A DNA stretch of 64,000 bases from Candidatus Hadarchaeum sp. (GCA_020725055.1 DYFS01000002.1:622-64621); one strand, 5' to 3'. Shown: positions 8,925 through 18,487, counted from the first letter of the stretch. The notes: generated by a model from the letters alone, not told the origin. Translations and numbers: made by a program.

Positions 8925-10742
8925 CTACATCACCCCATATGTTGAATCTCGCTTCTGTTTTATCGCGATTATCTCGTTCATCACCGCCAATTCATCCCCG
9001 GACAATAAATCCTTTAGCTCCCCCTTCAGCGCGAGCACGTGGTCGCGGGGGACGTCCACGTAAAGCGCGTCCCCCTCCCGGATGTGGCGGTCGACGATTG
9101 CGCCCTCGATAGAAACCGCAACTTCGTCCCCCAGCTTCGCCTCGTGCACACCTTTCTTCTCCCGCTGGATCTCGCGGATGGTCCCAACTTGGTGGCCGTC
9201 CTTGCGCATCACTGGATATTTCGGTTTGATCACGCCGCCGAGCACATCTACGCCCACGATCGCCGGGTGGCTGCGCCTGAAAACGTAGCCTGGTTTAATA
9301 ACAACTTTGCCTGGCCTAACGAAACCCTCCAAGCGTTGTGCCCTGACTTTTTCACGCTTCTCCTTGGACCACTTCTCATAGTTCTCCATCAGGCGGTAGA
9401 TCACGTTCTCCTGTAGAATTGATACCTGCTGTGCCTGCGCTTCGTCTTGGGCGTCCTGCAGGACCTTCACGTTGAATGCGAGGACTGCCCCGAGTAAGGG
9501 GTCGGTTTTCGCGACTGTCACGGCCTCAATCACGTCCCGGCGAGATACGTCACCTATATCGGCTTTTCGGATTGCCACCCCCTTCCCTCGGAGTTGCGTC
9601 TCAAGGGCCTCAAGCGACCCGAGCGCGTCCGCCTTGAGGACCACTCCGCTCACGTCTGCCTTGATGCGCACGCGTTCGACCTCTTTCAACAGCTCTTGCT
9701 TGAACTTCGCGACATCGGCCTCATCCTTCACCACCCACAGCGGGGCGCCAGCGATCACCCCTTCGAGACCTGGGGCTGCCACCTTTACCCCGGCTGCCGC
9801 AAAAACTCGTTCGACAGACCTGAACCTATCCTGGGGGTCACGGATTTCATCGAGCGGTTTCGGCTGCAACAGAGCGCGCACCCGTGAAGTTACCACCTTG
9901 TCGAGCCCCCCGGCGGCGAAATCATCCCCCTTTGAGAGCGTGCCATCGTAGATTATCACATCGATTGCCGGGCCAAGACCGACCTCCTCTTTTACCTCGA
10001 GGACCGTGCCGCGCGCCGGGCCGGTGACCTCCACCGCCAGCTCGCGCTCGAGGAAACGCTGGGCTAAGCCTGCTAGTATCGATAACATCTCGGGCACGCC
10101 CTCCCCCGTCTTCGCGCTAGCTGGGACTATCGCTACCTGCCTGCGAAAATCGCTCACACGATCAAAACGCTCCGCTTCGAACCCCAGCTCGTGGAGTTTG
10201 CCTATGAGTTCGTAGATTTTGTCGTCCAACGCGCGCTGGATGTCAGGACGCTGGCGGGCAAATGAATCTAAAAAACAAGCCTTCTGGATAGGCTGCCACC
10301 CCTGAATCAAATCGATCTTGTTTGCCACCAGCATGAAAGGCGTCTTGTACGATTTCAAAATAATCAGCGACTCGAGCGTCTGCGGCATGAATCCCTCGTT
10401 GATGTCGACGACGAGGGCGGCTAGGTCTGCGAGGGCACCGCCGCGTCTGCGCAGATTCGTGAAGGCTTCATGCCCCGGGGTGTCTATGAATAAGAGCCCT
10501 GGGATCGTGACTCGAATGCCGAATCTTTCAAGTAACTTGCCACAAACTTTCTGAATTACTGAAACTGGAACCTCTGACGCCCCAATCCATTGAGTTATCT
10601 GGCCGGGCTCTCTAGACGCAACTGCGGTCCCTCTGATCGTATCAAGCAATGTGGTCTTCCCGTGATCTACATGCCCCAAAATTGCCACTATGGGACATCG
10701 AAGCCGATTCATGCTGCTGCTCCCTCTAGAACTCTCTTGCAT
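8925..10742 (-). CDS. infB: Translation initiation factor aIF5B (archaeal IF-2)
   Basis: G-domain motifs [25 protein letters not shown] and NKID. Size and domain layout match aIF5B, and there is no intein. The likely start is MNRLR at 10712, which is preceded by AGGGAG. Confidence 0.9.
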   Translation of the reverse strand: MQESSRGSSSMNRLRCPIVAILGHVDHGKTTLLDTIRGTAVASREPGQITQWIGASEVPVSVIQKVCGKLLERFGIRVTIPGLLFIDTPGHEAFTNLRRRGGALADLAALVVDINEGFMPQTLESLIILKSYKTPFMLVANKIDLIQGWQPIQKACFLDSFARQRPDIQRALDDKIYELIGKLHELGFEAERFDRVSDFRRQVAIVPASAKTGEGVPEMLSILAGLAQRFLERELAVEVTGPARGTVLEVKEEVGLGPAIDVIIYDGTLSKGDDFAAGGLDKVVTSRVRALLQPKPLDEIRDPQDRFRSVERVFAAAGVKVAAPGLEGVIAGAPLWVVKDEADVAKFKQELLKEVERVRIKADVSGVVLKADALGSLEALETQLRGKGVAIRKADIGDVSRRDVIEAVTVAKTDPLLGAVLAFNVKVLQDAQDEAQAQQVSILQENVIYRLMENYEKWSKEKREKVRAQRLEGFVRPGKVVIKPGYVFRRSHPAIVGVDVLGGVIKPKYPVMRKDGHQVGTIREIQREKKGVHEAKLGDEVAVSIEGAIVDRHIREGDALYVDVPRDHVLALKGELKDLLSGDELAVMNEIIAIKQKRDSTYGVM

Positions 10743-10848
10743 ACCACTACCCCATTCTAAAGTGTTTGTCTTGATTTATAGCAAACTTGCTGGCGGGGGC
10801 ATTCGGTAGACTTGTTATATTTATAACAACTATCCGCACCGGGTGCTT

Positions 10849-11283
10849 TTATCGAAAAACAAAAAATTCGGGACCTAATCCTTCCTTGAAAAATATGGGT
10901 ATCTCGTACTCGGCACTTTCAAGCGAATCGGCAGCGTGAATGATGTTCTCCGTGATGCTTGACCCAAAATCTCCTCGAATAGTCCCCTTGGCGGCCTTCG
11001 CCGGGTCGGTTGCACCTATCAGCTCCCGCATCCGCGCTACCGCACTTTCACCTTCGACGAGCATCACGACAACCGGCCCCGACAACACGTGCTCGACCAG
11101 CCGCCCGAAGAACTCCTTACCGCGATGAACTGCATAAAGTCGCTCGGCAGTGGTGCGATTCATGTTTATTTGTTTCATGGAGACTATACGAAGGTCAGCC
11201 TGCTTGATCCTGCCGATTATCTCGTCCGTCAGGCCCTTCGCAACACCGTCTGGCTTTACCATGATGAAGGTGCGTTCGGTCAT
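10849..11283 (-). CDS. ndk: Nucleoside diphosphate kinase
   Basis: 144 aa. Motifs TFIMVKPDGV and NIIHAAD are present (the catalytic His is in NIIH). Confidence 0.9.
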   Translation of the reverse strand: MTERTFIMVKPDGVAKGLTDEIIGRIKQADLRIVSMKQINMNRTTAERLYAVHRGKEFFGRLVEHVLSGPVVVMLVEGESAVARMRELIGATDPAKAAKGTIRGDFGSSITENIIHAADSLESAEYEIPIFFKEGLGPEFFVFR

Positions 11284-11471
11284 GCCTTCGCCCTAGCTCG
11301 TCTCGCGCGCTCGGTCCACTTGACTCTAGCTGGCTTTCTCCCGAGCCCCAGGTTGCGCTCGCACTTGCTCGAACAAAAATACAGGATTGTGCCGTCCCGC
11401 TTGACCAGCATCAGCCCGGCCCCCGGCTCCACCCTTCCGCCGCAGAAAGAGCACTTTCTCGCGACTGGCAT
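11280..11471 (-). CDS. rpl24e: Ribosomal protein L24e
   Basis: 63 aa, [12 protein letters not shown]...LYFCSSKCE, a zinc-binding L24e. Its ATG overlaps the S28e stop as TGATG. The 205-aa ORF-track entry is a low-complexity upstream extension of this gene. Confidence 0.8.
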   Translation of the reverse strand: MPVARKCSFCGGRVEPGAGLMLVKRDGTILYFCSSKCERNLGLGRKPARVKWTERARRARAKA

Positions 11472-11695
11472 CAAGGCACCCTGATTTCCCTGGCCTCTCG
11501 ATCGGTCTCGCGCAACATCAGCACATCGCCAACGCGCACCGGGCCCTTGACGTTGCGGATGATTATCCTCCCCTTGTCGCGGCCCTCTAGCACGCGGCAC
11601 CTGACCTGCAGGATCTCGCCGGTTATACCCGTCCGCGTGCGAATTTCTATAACCTCGGCTGGGATGCCGAACTCCCCGACTTGCATTCGGCTCAC
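11471..11695 (-). CDS. rps28e: Ribosomal protein S28e
   Basis: 74 aa. [22 protein letters not shown] is the S28e C-terminal signature. Confidence 0.85.
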   Translation of the reverse strand: MSRMQVGEFGIPAEVIEIRTRTGITGEILQVRCRVLEGRDKGRIIIRNVKGPVRVGDVLMLRETDREAREIRVP

Positions 11696-12063
11696 TTCTT
11701 AAGCTCTTTGATCCGCTCGATGATGCCCTTGACCGCGTGGGTCGCCTGCCCGGGATCCGCGATCGCGATCGCGGCGGTTGGCACATCAATGCCAGCTGCG
11801 GACCCGAGCTCGCGCTTGCTTGGGACGTAGACGTATTGGATTTTCTTCTCGTCACAGAGCGGCGGCAGGTGAGCGACAATCTCGGCCGGCTCGACATCCT
11901 CGGCGATCACCACAAGCACCGCCTGACCCCGCTCGACCGCCTTCGTCACCTCGTTCGTGCCTTTTCGGACCTTGCCTGTGTCGCGGGCCGCCTCCACCGC
12001 GGAGTAAACCTGATCAGCCAGCTCCTTCGGCACCTCGAATTTTACATAGATCGGCTTAGCCAC
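11692..12063 (-). CDS. rpl7ae: Ribosomal protein L7Ae (kink-turn RNA binding)
   Basis: 123 aa, [26 protein letters not shown]...GSAAGIDV. It appears to start on a GTG at 12061-12063, 5 nt after GGAGGTG. Confidence 0.85.
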   Translation of the reverse strand: MAKPIYVKFEVPKELADQVYSAVEAARDTGKVRKGTNEVTKAVERGQAVLVVIAEDVEPAEIVAHLPPLCDEKKIQYVYVPSKRELGSAAGIDVPTAAIAIADPGQATHAVKGIIERIKELKK

Positions 12064-12142
12064 ACAAACACCTCCTTCAGCTTCACCTCATCATTCACGG
12101 GCTGTGGCTCATACAATTTTTAGTTTAAGCTATTAAAGGCTA

Positions 12143-13870
12143 CTACCTGTGCCCAAAAATGGCCACAAATTTCGGCTCGGTTGCATCCACCATGACAAAG
12201 CCGAAGCGCTCGAACTGAACGACCTCGCCCACCCTAAGGACCGCGGCGGCTGGCTCGACAAGCCCCAGCTCGCGCGAGGCATCCGGCTTTATCACCTCGG
12301 CCTCGATTGCGCCCGCCGAGACCCACTGCAGCTTGGGCACATCCATGACCTCGCGGCTGTGAAACTCGGCCTTCAGCGGCTCGCGCGAGGTTAGCCGGAC
12401 ATTCATGAAATCCTTCAGCCTGAACACCTGCCCCTCCCGCAACGAGGCTGCATCCGCCCCCGGGATGTAGGCGGCGAGGGCATCACCCTCGTACAGCAGC
12501 GGCAACACCCGCTCCCCGCGCCCCGGGTGGCTCGGGTGGAGGCGCAGGCGGAGCTCCTTGAGCCTTGGCGCGCCCTCGACCAGCAGTTTGACGGCACCCG
12601 GCGCGAAGAAGTAGCGATTCGCGCGGGCGTCGGCCACCCTCCGGTTGTATGCGGCGAGGGTCTCCCAGCTCAACGCCGAATCCACATGGGTCGGGCCCAA
12701 GTCCAATATCACCTGCCTTATCGTTTCAGGTAGGAATCCACGGCGCCTGAGCGCTGCGATGGTGCCGAGCCTCGGGTCATCGTATCCGGAGAACTCCCCG
12801 CTGCGTATCCCCTTCATCGTCTGGGTCTTGCTCAGCACCGCCCCGCCTATCGTCAACCGCCCGTACTGCACCGCCGTCGGGTACCGCCAGTCGAGGTGAC
12901 CGAAGAGGAAGCGCTGCCTGAGCTCGTTGACGACGTGCTCCTTCCCGCGAATGACGTGCGTCACGCCCATCTCGTGGTCATCGACGGCGACAGAAAAGTT
13001 GTAGAGCGGCCACACCCGATAGCGATCCCCAACCCTCGGATGACTCACCGCAGCCACGCGCAGGGCGGGCCAGTCGCGCACCGCTGGATTAGGGTGCTTC
13101 AAATCCGTTTTGACGCGGACTACCCCGTGCTCCCCCTGGTATTTGCTCTCCAACATGGCGCGCCATCGCTCGAGCTGCTCGCTCGCTGGCAACCCCCTGC
13201 ATGGGCATGGCTTACCCCCGTCCCTCAACCGTCTGAATTTCATCACGTCGCATGTGCAGACGTATGCACCCCCGGCTTTCAAGAGCCCCTCGGCGTGTTT
13301 GTAGTATTTATCCAAGCGATCCGATTGCACGTATTCCTCGTCCCATTTGATTCCGAGCCACCGCAGGTCCTCTCTTATCTTGTCGTACATCTCAAGCATC
13401 GCGTTCGCCGGGTTGGTGTCCTCGAAACGCAGGATGAACTTGCCGCCGTATTTGCGAGCGTACTCGTAGCTCAGGAATGCCGCGCGGACGTGGCCGATGT
13501 GTAACGGACCGTTCGGGTTCGGGGCAAATCGCGTCACCACCTTTGGATATTTATCGACATCTGGCAACTCCGGAAGGCCCCGCCGCTCCTCCCGCTTCGG
13601 CGCCTCCGCAACGCCGAGCTCCTGCAATTTGGCCCGCTGTTCCTCGAGTGAAAGTTTATTGATTTCTTTCACGACCTTTTCGACCGTTTCCATCACTTGT
13701 CTGATCCTCGACCTGAGTTCGGGTTGGGTTGCGATCAATTTACCGACGACTGATTTTGCGTCTGCGTGACCGCCGTGTTCAACGGCATTCGTCAGCGCCC
13801 ACCGGAGCGCTTCCCTATCAAACTCTTTCAACCGATCACCGCCACATGAGGATTTTAGTTGCTCTCGCAT
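12143..13870 (-). CDS. gltX: Glutamyl-tRNA synthetase, archaeal type
   Basis: Class I HIGH motif (PNPNGPLHIGHVRAA) and a KMSKS-like motif (VLSKT). GatD and GatE are present in the window and no GlnRS is, which suggests the non-discriminating type. Confidence 0.85.
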   Translation of the reverse strand: MREQLKSSCGGDRLKEFDREALRWALTNAVEHGGHADAKSVVGKLIATQPELRSRIRQVMETVEKVVKEINKLSLEEQRAKLQELGVAEAPKREERRGLPELPDVDKYPKVVTRFAPNPNGPLHIGHVRAAFLSYEYARKYGGKFILRFEDTNPANAMLEMYDKIREDLRWLGIKWDEEYVQSDRLDKYYKHAEGLLKAGGAYVCTCDVMKFRRLRDGGKPCPCRGLPASEQLERWRAMLESKYQGEHGVVRVKTDLKHPNPAVRDWPALRVAAVSHPRVGDRYRVWPLYNFSVAVDDHEMGVTHVIRGKEHVVNELRQRFLFGHLDWRYPTAVQYGRLTIGGAVLSKTQTMKGIRSGEFSGYDDPRLGTIAALRRRGFLPETIRQVILDLGPTHVDSALSWETLAAYNRRVADARANRYFFAPGAVKLLVEGAPRLKELRLRLHPSHPGRGERVLPLLYEGDALAAYIPGADAASLREGQVFRLKDFMNVRLTSREPLKAEFHSREVMDVPKLQWVSAGAIEAEVIKPDASRELGLVEPAAAVLRVGEVVQFERFGFVMVDATEPKFVAIFGHR

Positions 13871-13888
13871 TAAAGTTGAGCCCGTTGA

Positions 13889-13923
13889 ATTTCGGTGACA
13901 CCTGTCACCGATATTTTTTTTTT
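13889..13923. promoter_or_regulatory. Repeat copy 1: 26-bp near-palindrome ATTTCGGTGACACCTGTCACCGATAT plus a T10/A10 tract, 19 nt upstream of the gltX ATG
   Basis: The core CGGTGACA-CC-TGTCACCG (13893-13910) is a perfect 8-bp inverted repeat. The A-run on the gltX strand sits where a TATA box would. The palindrome lies between that run and the start codon, a typical operator position. Confidence 0.4.
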
Positions 13924-13925
13924 GC

Positions 13926-14210
13926 TCATGCCAGCTCCTCTATAGCATAGATTTTTGCATTTTTACAACCATAATATTTGGCAAGCTCCATCACTGCCAT
14001 AGCTGTGGCCATGCGTTTAGTCGCGATAACACTGTACTGCAACATCCAACCATCTTGCATCAACTTAAAAATCCGTTTCAAATTATCAAAAAATTTTGGT
14101 GGTATCTTCTTGCCTTTGAAATCATAAATGATGAGCTTTAACTTTCTTGGCTTGGGGTCTACTTTTTCGACTGTTAAGCATATCTTGTCAGCGGTACTGC
14201 GTCTCCCCAT
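13926..14210 (-). CDS. Small basic protein (94 aa from the second Met) with a ferredoxin-like beta-alpha-beta pattern resembling Cas2/VapD. Function unknown.
   Basis: An AT-rich islet contains a clean 300-nt ORF. KLKLIIYDF...NLKRIFKLM...MLQYSVIA is reminiscent of the Cas2 beta1-alpha1-beta2 core. The start codon overlaps repeat copy 2, with TTTAAAAAATAT about 25-30 nt upstream, which suggests a leaderless promoter. Confidence 0.35.
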   Translation of the reverse strand: MGRRSTADKICLTVEKVDPKPRKLKLIIYDFKGKKIPPKFFDNLKRIFKLMQDGWMLQYSVIATKRMATAMAVMELAKYYGCKNAKIYAIEELA

Positions 14211-14239
14211 TTCGGTGACACCTGTCACCGATATTTTTT
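14209..14239. promoter_or_regulatory. Repeat copy 2 (identical 26-bp palindrome plus T6/A-rich TATA-like tract) overlapping the start codon of the small ORF
   Basis: ATTTCGGTGACACCTGTCACCGATATTTTTT at 14209-14239. The module layout is the same as copy 1. Confidence 0.4.
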
Positions 14240-14255
14240 AAACACCCATTTAAAG

Positions 14256-14285
14256 ATTTCGGTGGTGGGTATTACCGATATTTTT
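14256..14285. repeat. Repeat copy 3: degenerate copy that keeps the outer arms, ATTTCGGTG...ACCGATATTTTT
   Basis: ATTTCGGTGGTGGGTATTACCGATATTTTT lies 16 nt after copy 2, just downstream of the GGPP synthase stop. Confidence 0.4.
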
Positions 14286-14288
14286 ACG

Positions 14289-15287
14289 TCAAAATTCGCG
14301 CTCAATTGTGAAATCTGCAAGCTCGAGTAAAAATCGCTTCGCTTTGGAATCGGGCAACACACCCAATTTGGACTTCGCCCTTGCGACGAGCCCCCGTGCT
14401 TTTTTAGCGGCGTGGTCGATGGCGCCTGTGTCTTTCAGCACCCCGATGGTCGTTTTTATTTCTGCCCTTGAAGCTTTTCTGTTGCCAAGCGTGAGGGTGA
14501 GCGTTTTCCTGTCTTTAGGTGATGCAGTTTCAAGCGCCCGGACTATGATCAGCGTGCGCTTACCCTCGCGGATATCACTCCCTATCGGTTTTCCGAACTT
14601 CTCCTGCTCCCCGACCACACCAAGCACGTCGTCGTGGATCTGAAATGCCATGCCAATCAGTCTGCCGTACTCCGCGAGCGCCTTGACCTGCTCAGGCTTT
14701 CCCTTTCCGAGCAACGCGCCAACCTTGGTCGACGCCTCTATCAGCGCCCCCGTCTTTCCGCTCACCATCTTGAGGTACTCCTCCTCCCCGATGTCCTTCC
14801 TCCCCTCGAACAGCATGTCGAGCGCCTGCCCCTGGCATATTTCAAAGCTGGCTTTGCTCACGGTATCGAAAATCTCCACCACCCGATCCGCGGGCAGCCC
14901 CAACCTCCTCGCGTTCGCAGCCACCGCCTCAAAAACTTTTGCAAAAAGGGCATCCCCAGCTATGATTGCAACCGGCTCCCCCCACAGCTTGTGCACCGTC
15001 TTGACGTTGCGCCTGAACTCGTCGCGGTCCATTATGTCGTCGTGTATCAGGGTGAAGGTGTGCAGGAGCTCGAGTGCCGCCGCGGTCTCCAGCGCGTCCC
15101 CGGCCCGACCGCCGACAGCCTCGCACGCCAAGAGCACCAGGCACGGGCGGAGTCGCTTCCCCCCGGCCTCGAGCAGGTGCCGCGACGCCTTAGCCAAGAC
15201 CTCGGGCTCTATGCCGTCGGGGACCCATCTGTCCATCTCAGCCTCGATTTTTTTTGCCTGCTCTTGTATGTATTGCGTGAATTCCAT
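14289..15287 (-). CDS. idsA: Geranylgeranyl diphosphate synthase (polyprenyl synthetase)
   Basis: The first Asp-rich motif LIHDDIMD and the second motif DDVLG are both present. 332 aa. Confidence 0.85.
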   Translation of the reverse strand: MEFTQYIQEQAKKIEAEMDRWVPDGIEPEVLAKASRHLLEAGGKRLRPCLVLLACEAVGGRAGDALETAAALELLHTFTLIHDDIMDRDEFRRNVKTVHKLWGEPVAIIAGDALFAKVFEAVAANARRLGLPADRVVEIFDTVSKASFEICQGQALDMLFEGRKDIGEEEYLKMVSGKTGALIEASTKVGALLGKGKPEQVKALAEYGRLIGMAFQIHDDVLGVVGEQEKFGKPIGSDIREGKRTLIIVRALETASPKDRKTLTLTLGNRKASRAEIKTTIGVLKDTGAIDHAAKKARGLVARAKSKLGVLPDSKAKRFLLELADFTIEREF

Positions 15288-16613
15288 TTACCCACCCAGC
15301 CTCAGCGCCTCGCCGTTTTCCAACATGTGGAGCCTTTCGCGCGAATACCCGAGCCCGCGCCCGATGTCAGACATGAACTGCAGCTTGTCGCGTGTGCCGT
15401 GGCACGGGATGAGGTGCTCGGGGTTCACCAGCTTGAGGAACTCCACCGTGTCGCGCCGCCCCGCGTGGCCAGAGACGTGAACGTTGCGATGGATTCGCGC
15501 CCCCTGCGCCTGCAGTTTTGCCTCGAGGATCCTGCGGTTCGACTCGTTTATCGGGTTCGGGATGATGCTCGCGGAAAAAATCACCTCATCCCCCTTCACG
15601 ATCTTGAGGGGGCGCTCCCCATCCGCGATCCGCGTGAGGAGGGCGGTCGGCTCCCCTTGGTGACCGGTTGCTACCACCACGTAATCCCTCCGCGCTCGCT
15701 CGACCTCCCGAAGGGTGTTGCGCACCGCGTTCGGCCGCCCGTGGATGGTGAGCTCGTGCGGGAAATCAACCAGGCCGAGCTTTGTGGCGGCGGCGCAGTA
15801 ATTGCTCAGCGACCGCCCGAGCAGGACCGGGGTGCGCCCGAGCTCGAACGAGAGGTCGACTATCGATTTCAACCGAACGATGTGGGAGGAAAAGGTCGTG
15901 ACCAAAACCGCCCCCCTGCTCGGCGTGACGTCCTCCATCACCTCCCTCAACCTATCGCGGGCATAGGCCTCGGACGGTGTCGGCCCTGGCTCGTCCACCC
16001 GAATCGACCCAACGAGCGCCGCGAGCACCCCGCGCTTCCCAAGCCGCCTAAGCCTGCCGTAATCAGTACGCGCGCCCAGCAGCGGCTCGTCGTCCAGCTT
16101 AAAATCGCTCGCGAAAAGCACGGTGCTCCCACCCCCACTCGCCGCCACAAGCGCCGTCTGCAGGATGCTGTGGGTGGCGCGGATGAATTCCAGCCTGATG
16201 CCATCCACCTCGACGACCCCTCCCGGCTCAACCACCACCAGCCTGTTCTTCACCTTGCGGCTACGCTCCTCCCTGATCACTCGTTTCGCCAGCTCGATCG
16301 TGAACGGGGTGCCGTAAATCGCCGCATTGTACGCGCCTGCAAGCTTCCCGATCGCCCCGATGTGGTCGAGGTGCCCGTGGGTGAGCACGATCGCCCGCAC
16401 GTCCCGCCCGCGTAGCTTCCTGTCGTCGGGTATCCCGTTTATCGAGATGAGCTCCTCGCGGCTCATGGTGCCCAGATCCGCGTCCTCGTAGTTCAGGATG
16501 CTGTCGAGCCTTATCCCCATGTCCACGATGATGTACCTGCCGTCGAAGCCGATCGCGGTCATGTTCTTGCCTACTTCGCCGAGGCCGCCGAGGGGGAGGA
16601 TTTCGACCGCCAT
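15288..16613 (-). CDS. rnj: Archaeal RNase J (beta-CASP metallo-beta-lactamase ribonuclease)
   Basis: HGHLDHIG motif and beta-CASP motifs. The likely start [10 protein letters not shown] at 16613 overlaps the IDI-2 stop by 1 nt. Confidence 0.75.
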   Translation of the reverse strand: MAVEILPLGGLGEVGKNMTAIGFDGRYIIVDMGIRLDSILNYEDADLGTMSREELISINGIPDDRKLRGRDVRAIVLTHGHLDHIGAIGKLAGAYNAAIYGTPFTIELAKRVIREERSRKVKNRLVVVEPGGVVEVDGIRLEFIRATHSILQTALVAASGGGSTVLFASDFKLDDEPLLGARTDYGRLRRLGKRGVLAALVGSIRVDEPGPTPSEAYARDRLREVMEDVTPSRGAVLVTTFSSHIVRLKSIVDLSFELGRTPVLLGRSLSNYCAAATKLGLVDFPHELTIHGRPNAVRNTLREVERARRDYVVVATGHQGEPTALLTRIADGERPLKIVKGDEVIFSASIIPNPINESNRRILEAKLQAQGARIHRNVHVSGHAGRRDTVEFLKLVNPEHLIPCHGTRDKLQFMSDIGRGLGYSRERLHMLENGEALRLGG

Positions 16614-17698
16614 CACCCGCCCCTCTGCGCAAACTTGTCGGGATCTAGGCCACGGGCGATGAACCAATCGCGCGTCGCCCCGAGGATCGCCAGAGGGGTG
16701 CGGTGGAGATCCTCAACGCGCGTGCAACCCGTCAAAAACATCGCGGTCTGGAGCTCATCGATGAAATCTTTCAACAAGCTAACGACGGCTCCCCTCCCCT
16801 CAGCCGCCGCCCTCAAGAGCGGGAGCGCGACGCCTACGATATCCGCTCCGAGCGCCAGGGCCTTCGCGGCATCCAGCCCCGAGCGCACGCCGCCGCTCGC
16901 TATCACCGGCACATCGACTGCTCCGGCGACCTCAGCCGTGCAAACCGCCGTCGGGATGCCCCACTCCCAAAAAACGTAGCCGAGGCGTGAGGGGGAGCGG
17001 AGTGCCTCGACGCCTGCCCAAGAGGTTCCCCCAGCCCCGGCAACATCGATCGCCGAGGCGCCGGCGCCGACGAGCTTTCTCGCCGCCTGCACGCTTATCC
17101 CGCTGCCGGTTTCCTTCGCTATCACGGGTGAGCCGAGCTTATCGCAGAGCTCGGTGAATCTGTCGAGGCAGCCGCGGTACCACGGTTCGCCTTCGGGCTG
17201 CACCGCCTCTTGCAGCGGGTTGAAGTGGATGGACAGGGCGTTCGCGTCTATCATCTCCAGAGCCCGTCGCGCCTCCACCGCGCCGTAACCACGGACGAGC
17301 TGGGCCACACCCAGGTTGCCCACGAGGAAAACGTCGGGTGCGACGTCCCTGACCTGATACGTCCTCGCGAGCTTTGGGTTCTCGATTGCCGCTCGCTGGC
17401 TACCGACGCTGAAAACCAGCCCGAGCTCTTGAGCCGCCGCAGCCAACGCTAGGTTCAACTTGCGGCCGCGGGGGTGGCCACCGGTCATCGCGCATATCAT
17501 GATCGGTGCCTTGAGCTTTGCCCCCAAGAAAGAGGTGCCGAGGTCGACATCGCTCAAGTTTATCTCCGGCAACGCGTTGTGGATGAGCCCGACCTGCGTG
17601 AAGCCAGGGGCTTTTATGAGCGCCTCGACGTCCTCCCTCAAACATATGCTGATGTGGTCGAGCTTGCGGCTCGTGGTTTTTTTGCCCATCCTCATCAC
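16613..17698 (-). CDS. fni: Isopentenyl-diphosphate delta-isomerase type 2 (FMN-dependent)
   Basis: TIM-barrel FMN enzyme pattern (ICAMTGG..., [32 protein letters not shown]). It lies next to IPK. Confidence 0.8.
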   Translation of the reverse strand: MMRMGKKTTSRKLDHISICLREDVEALIKAPGFTQVGLIHNALPEINLSDVDLGTSFLGAKLKAPIMICAMTGGHPRGRKLNLALAAAAQELGLVFSVGSQRAAIENPKLARTYQVRDVAPDVFLVGNLGVAQLVRGYGAVEARRALEMIDANALSIHFNPLQEAVQPEGEPWYRGCLDRFTELCDKLGSPVIAKETGSGISVQAARKLVGAGASAIDVAGAGGTSWAGVEALRSPSRLGYVFWEWGIPTAVCTAEVAGAVDVPVIASGGVRSGLDAAKALALGADIVGVALPLLRAAAEGRGAVVSLLKDFIDELQTAMFLTGCTRVEDLHRTPLAILGATRDWFIARGLDPDKFAQRGG

Positions 17699-18483
17699 CC
17701 CGTGGTTATCCTAGTCCCCAACCCCCGCTCGCCTGATACCTCACGCTTCAGGATGCCGGGCCTCGCCGCGTTTACGATTTCTGCCTCAATGCCCAGTTCG
17801 GCCAGGGTGAGGAGCTCCCTCACTTTATTTGCGATGCCCCCGGTCACGTCTGGGCCACCCGGCGCACCGAGGGATTTGGCGACCCCTGGCCAATTTTTTG
17901 GGGTTATGGCTGGAACCAACCTCGCCTCACGGTGTTTTCTTGGATCGAGGGTGTAGATGCCATCGACGTCAACGCCGAGGATGACGCGCGTCGCCCCAAG
18001 CTCCCGCGCGAGGTGGACGACGAGCTGATCGCCAGAGATGATGCTCATCCCCCTGCCGAGATCCGGCACCGCATCCCCATACAAAACCGGCACGAGACCT
18101 AGCTCGAGCAGCTTCCGCACGGGTGCCAGCTCCATGGATCTGATGCGTCCATCGCTGACCACCGCGCAAGCCGAGAGCTGAATCGCGATTGCAGGCAGGC
18201 CGGCCTTCTGAAGGGAGTCGACAACATAAGCGTTGAGCTTTTCCATCGCCCGGTGCGTGAGCGAGAGGCCCATCAGCTGCCGCTCGCTCTCGTAACCCCC
18301 CGCGATGTTGTACCTCGACGCCACCGGGTGCCCGAACGAGCCGCCGCCGTGCACGACGACGAGCGGCCCTTTCGCAGCTGCCAGCTCGCCGGCGAGGCGC
18401 TTGAGCGCGGCTTGCTTGACGGCGAACTTCCGGCGCTTGTCGGTTATCACGCTCCCGCCGAGTTTAACGATCAGAGGTCGCAT
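17695..18483 (-). CDS. ipk: Isopentenyl phosphate kinase (amino-acid kinase fold)
   Basis: [13 protein letters not shown]...[11 protein letters not shown]. 262 aa. The mevalonate-pathway context supports the call. Confidence 0.8.
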   Translation of the reverse strand: MRPLIVKLGGSVITDKRRKFAVKQAALKRLAGELAAAKGPLVVVHGGGSFGHPVASRYNIAGGYESERQLMGLSLTHRAMEKLNAYVVDSLQKAGLPAIAIQLSACAVVSDGRIRSMELAPVRKLLELGLVPVLYGDAVPDLGRGMSIISGDQLVVHLARELGATRVILGVDVDGIYTLDPRKHREARLVPAITPKNWPGVAKSLGAPGGPDVTGGIANKVRELLTLAELGIEAEIVNAARPGILKREVSGERGLGTRITTG

Positions 18484-18487
18484 TCGG

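Noticed and set aside
10849-10870. T-rich run TTTTTTGTTTTTCG read as a transcription terminator after ndk
   Set aside because: On inspection the run encodes the C-terminal FFVFR of NDK itself, so it is inside the CDS rather than downstream of it.
11280-11897. 205-aa minus-strand ORF
   Set aside because: Only the last 63 codons encode a real protein (L24e). The upstream part is an Arg/Ser/Pro-rich read-through that overlaps the bona fide S28e gene in another frame.
13889-14285. Possible CRISPR array, considered because of repeated 26-30-bp palindromic units next to a Cas2-like ORF
   Set aside because: There are only 2.5 copies, with irregular spacing (about 290 nt, then 16 nt). One copy overlaps a start codon, and each copy is followed by A/T tracts in a promoter-like layout. 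This is not a repeat-spacer array.
14634-16415. 593-aa plus-strand ORF, plus other long antisense ORFs listed in the track (7147-7890, 24818-25447, 31537-32154, 35787-36539, 43514-44410, 49315-50052)
   Set aside because: Each lies antisense to a gene with strong family motifs. Their translations are low-complexity and rich in Arg, Pro, Ser and Ala, as expected for open frames on the reverse strand of GC-rich coding DNA. None shows a recognisable domain.
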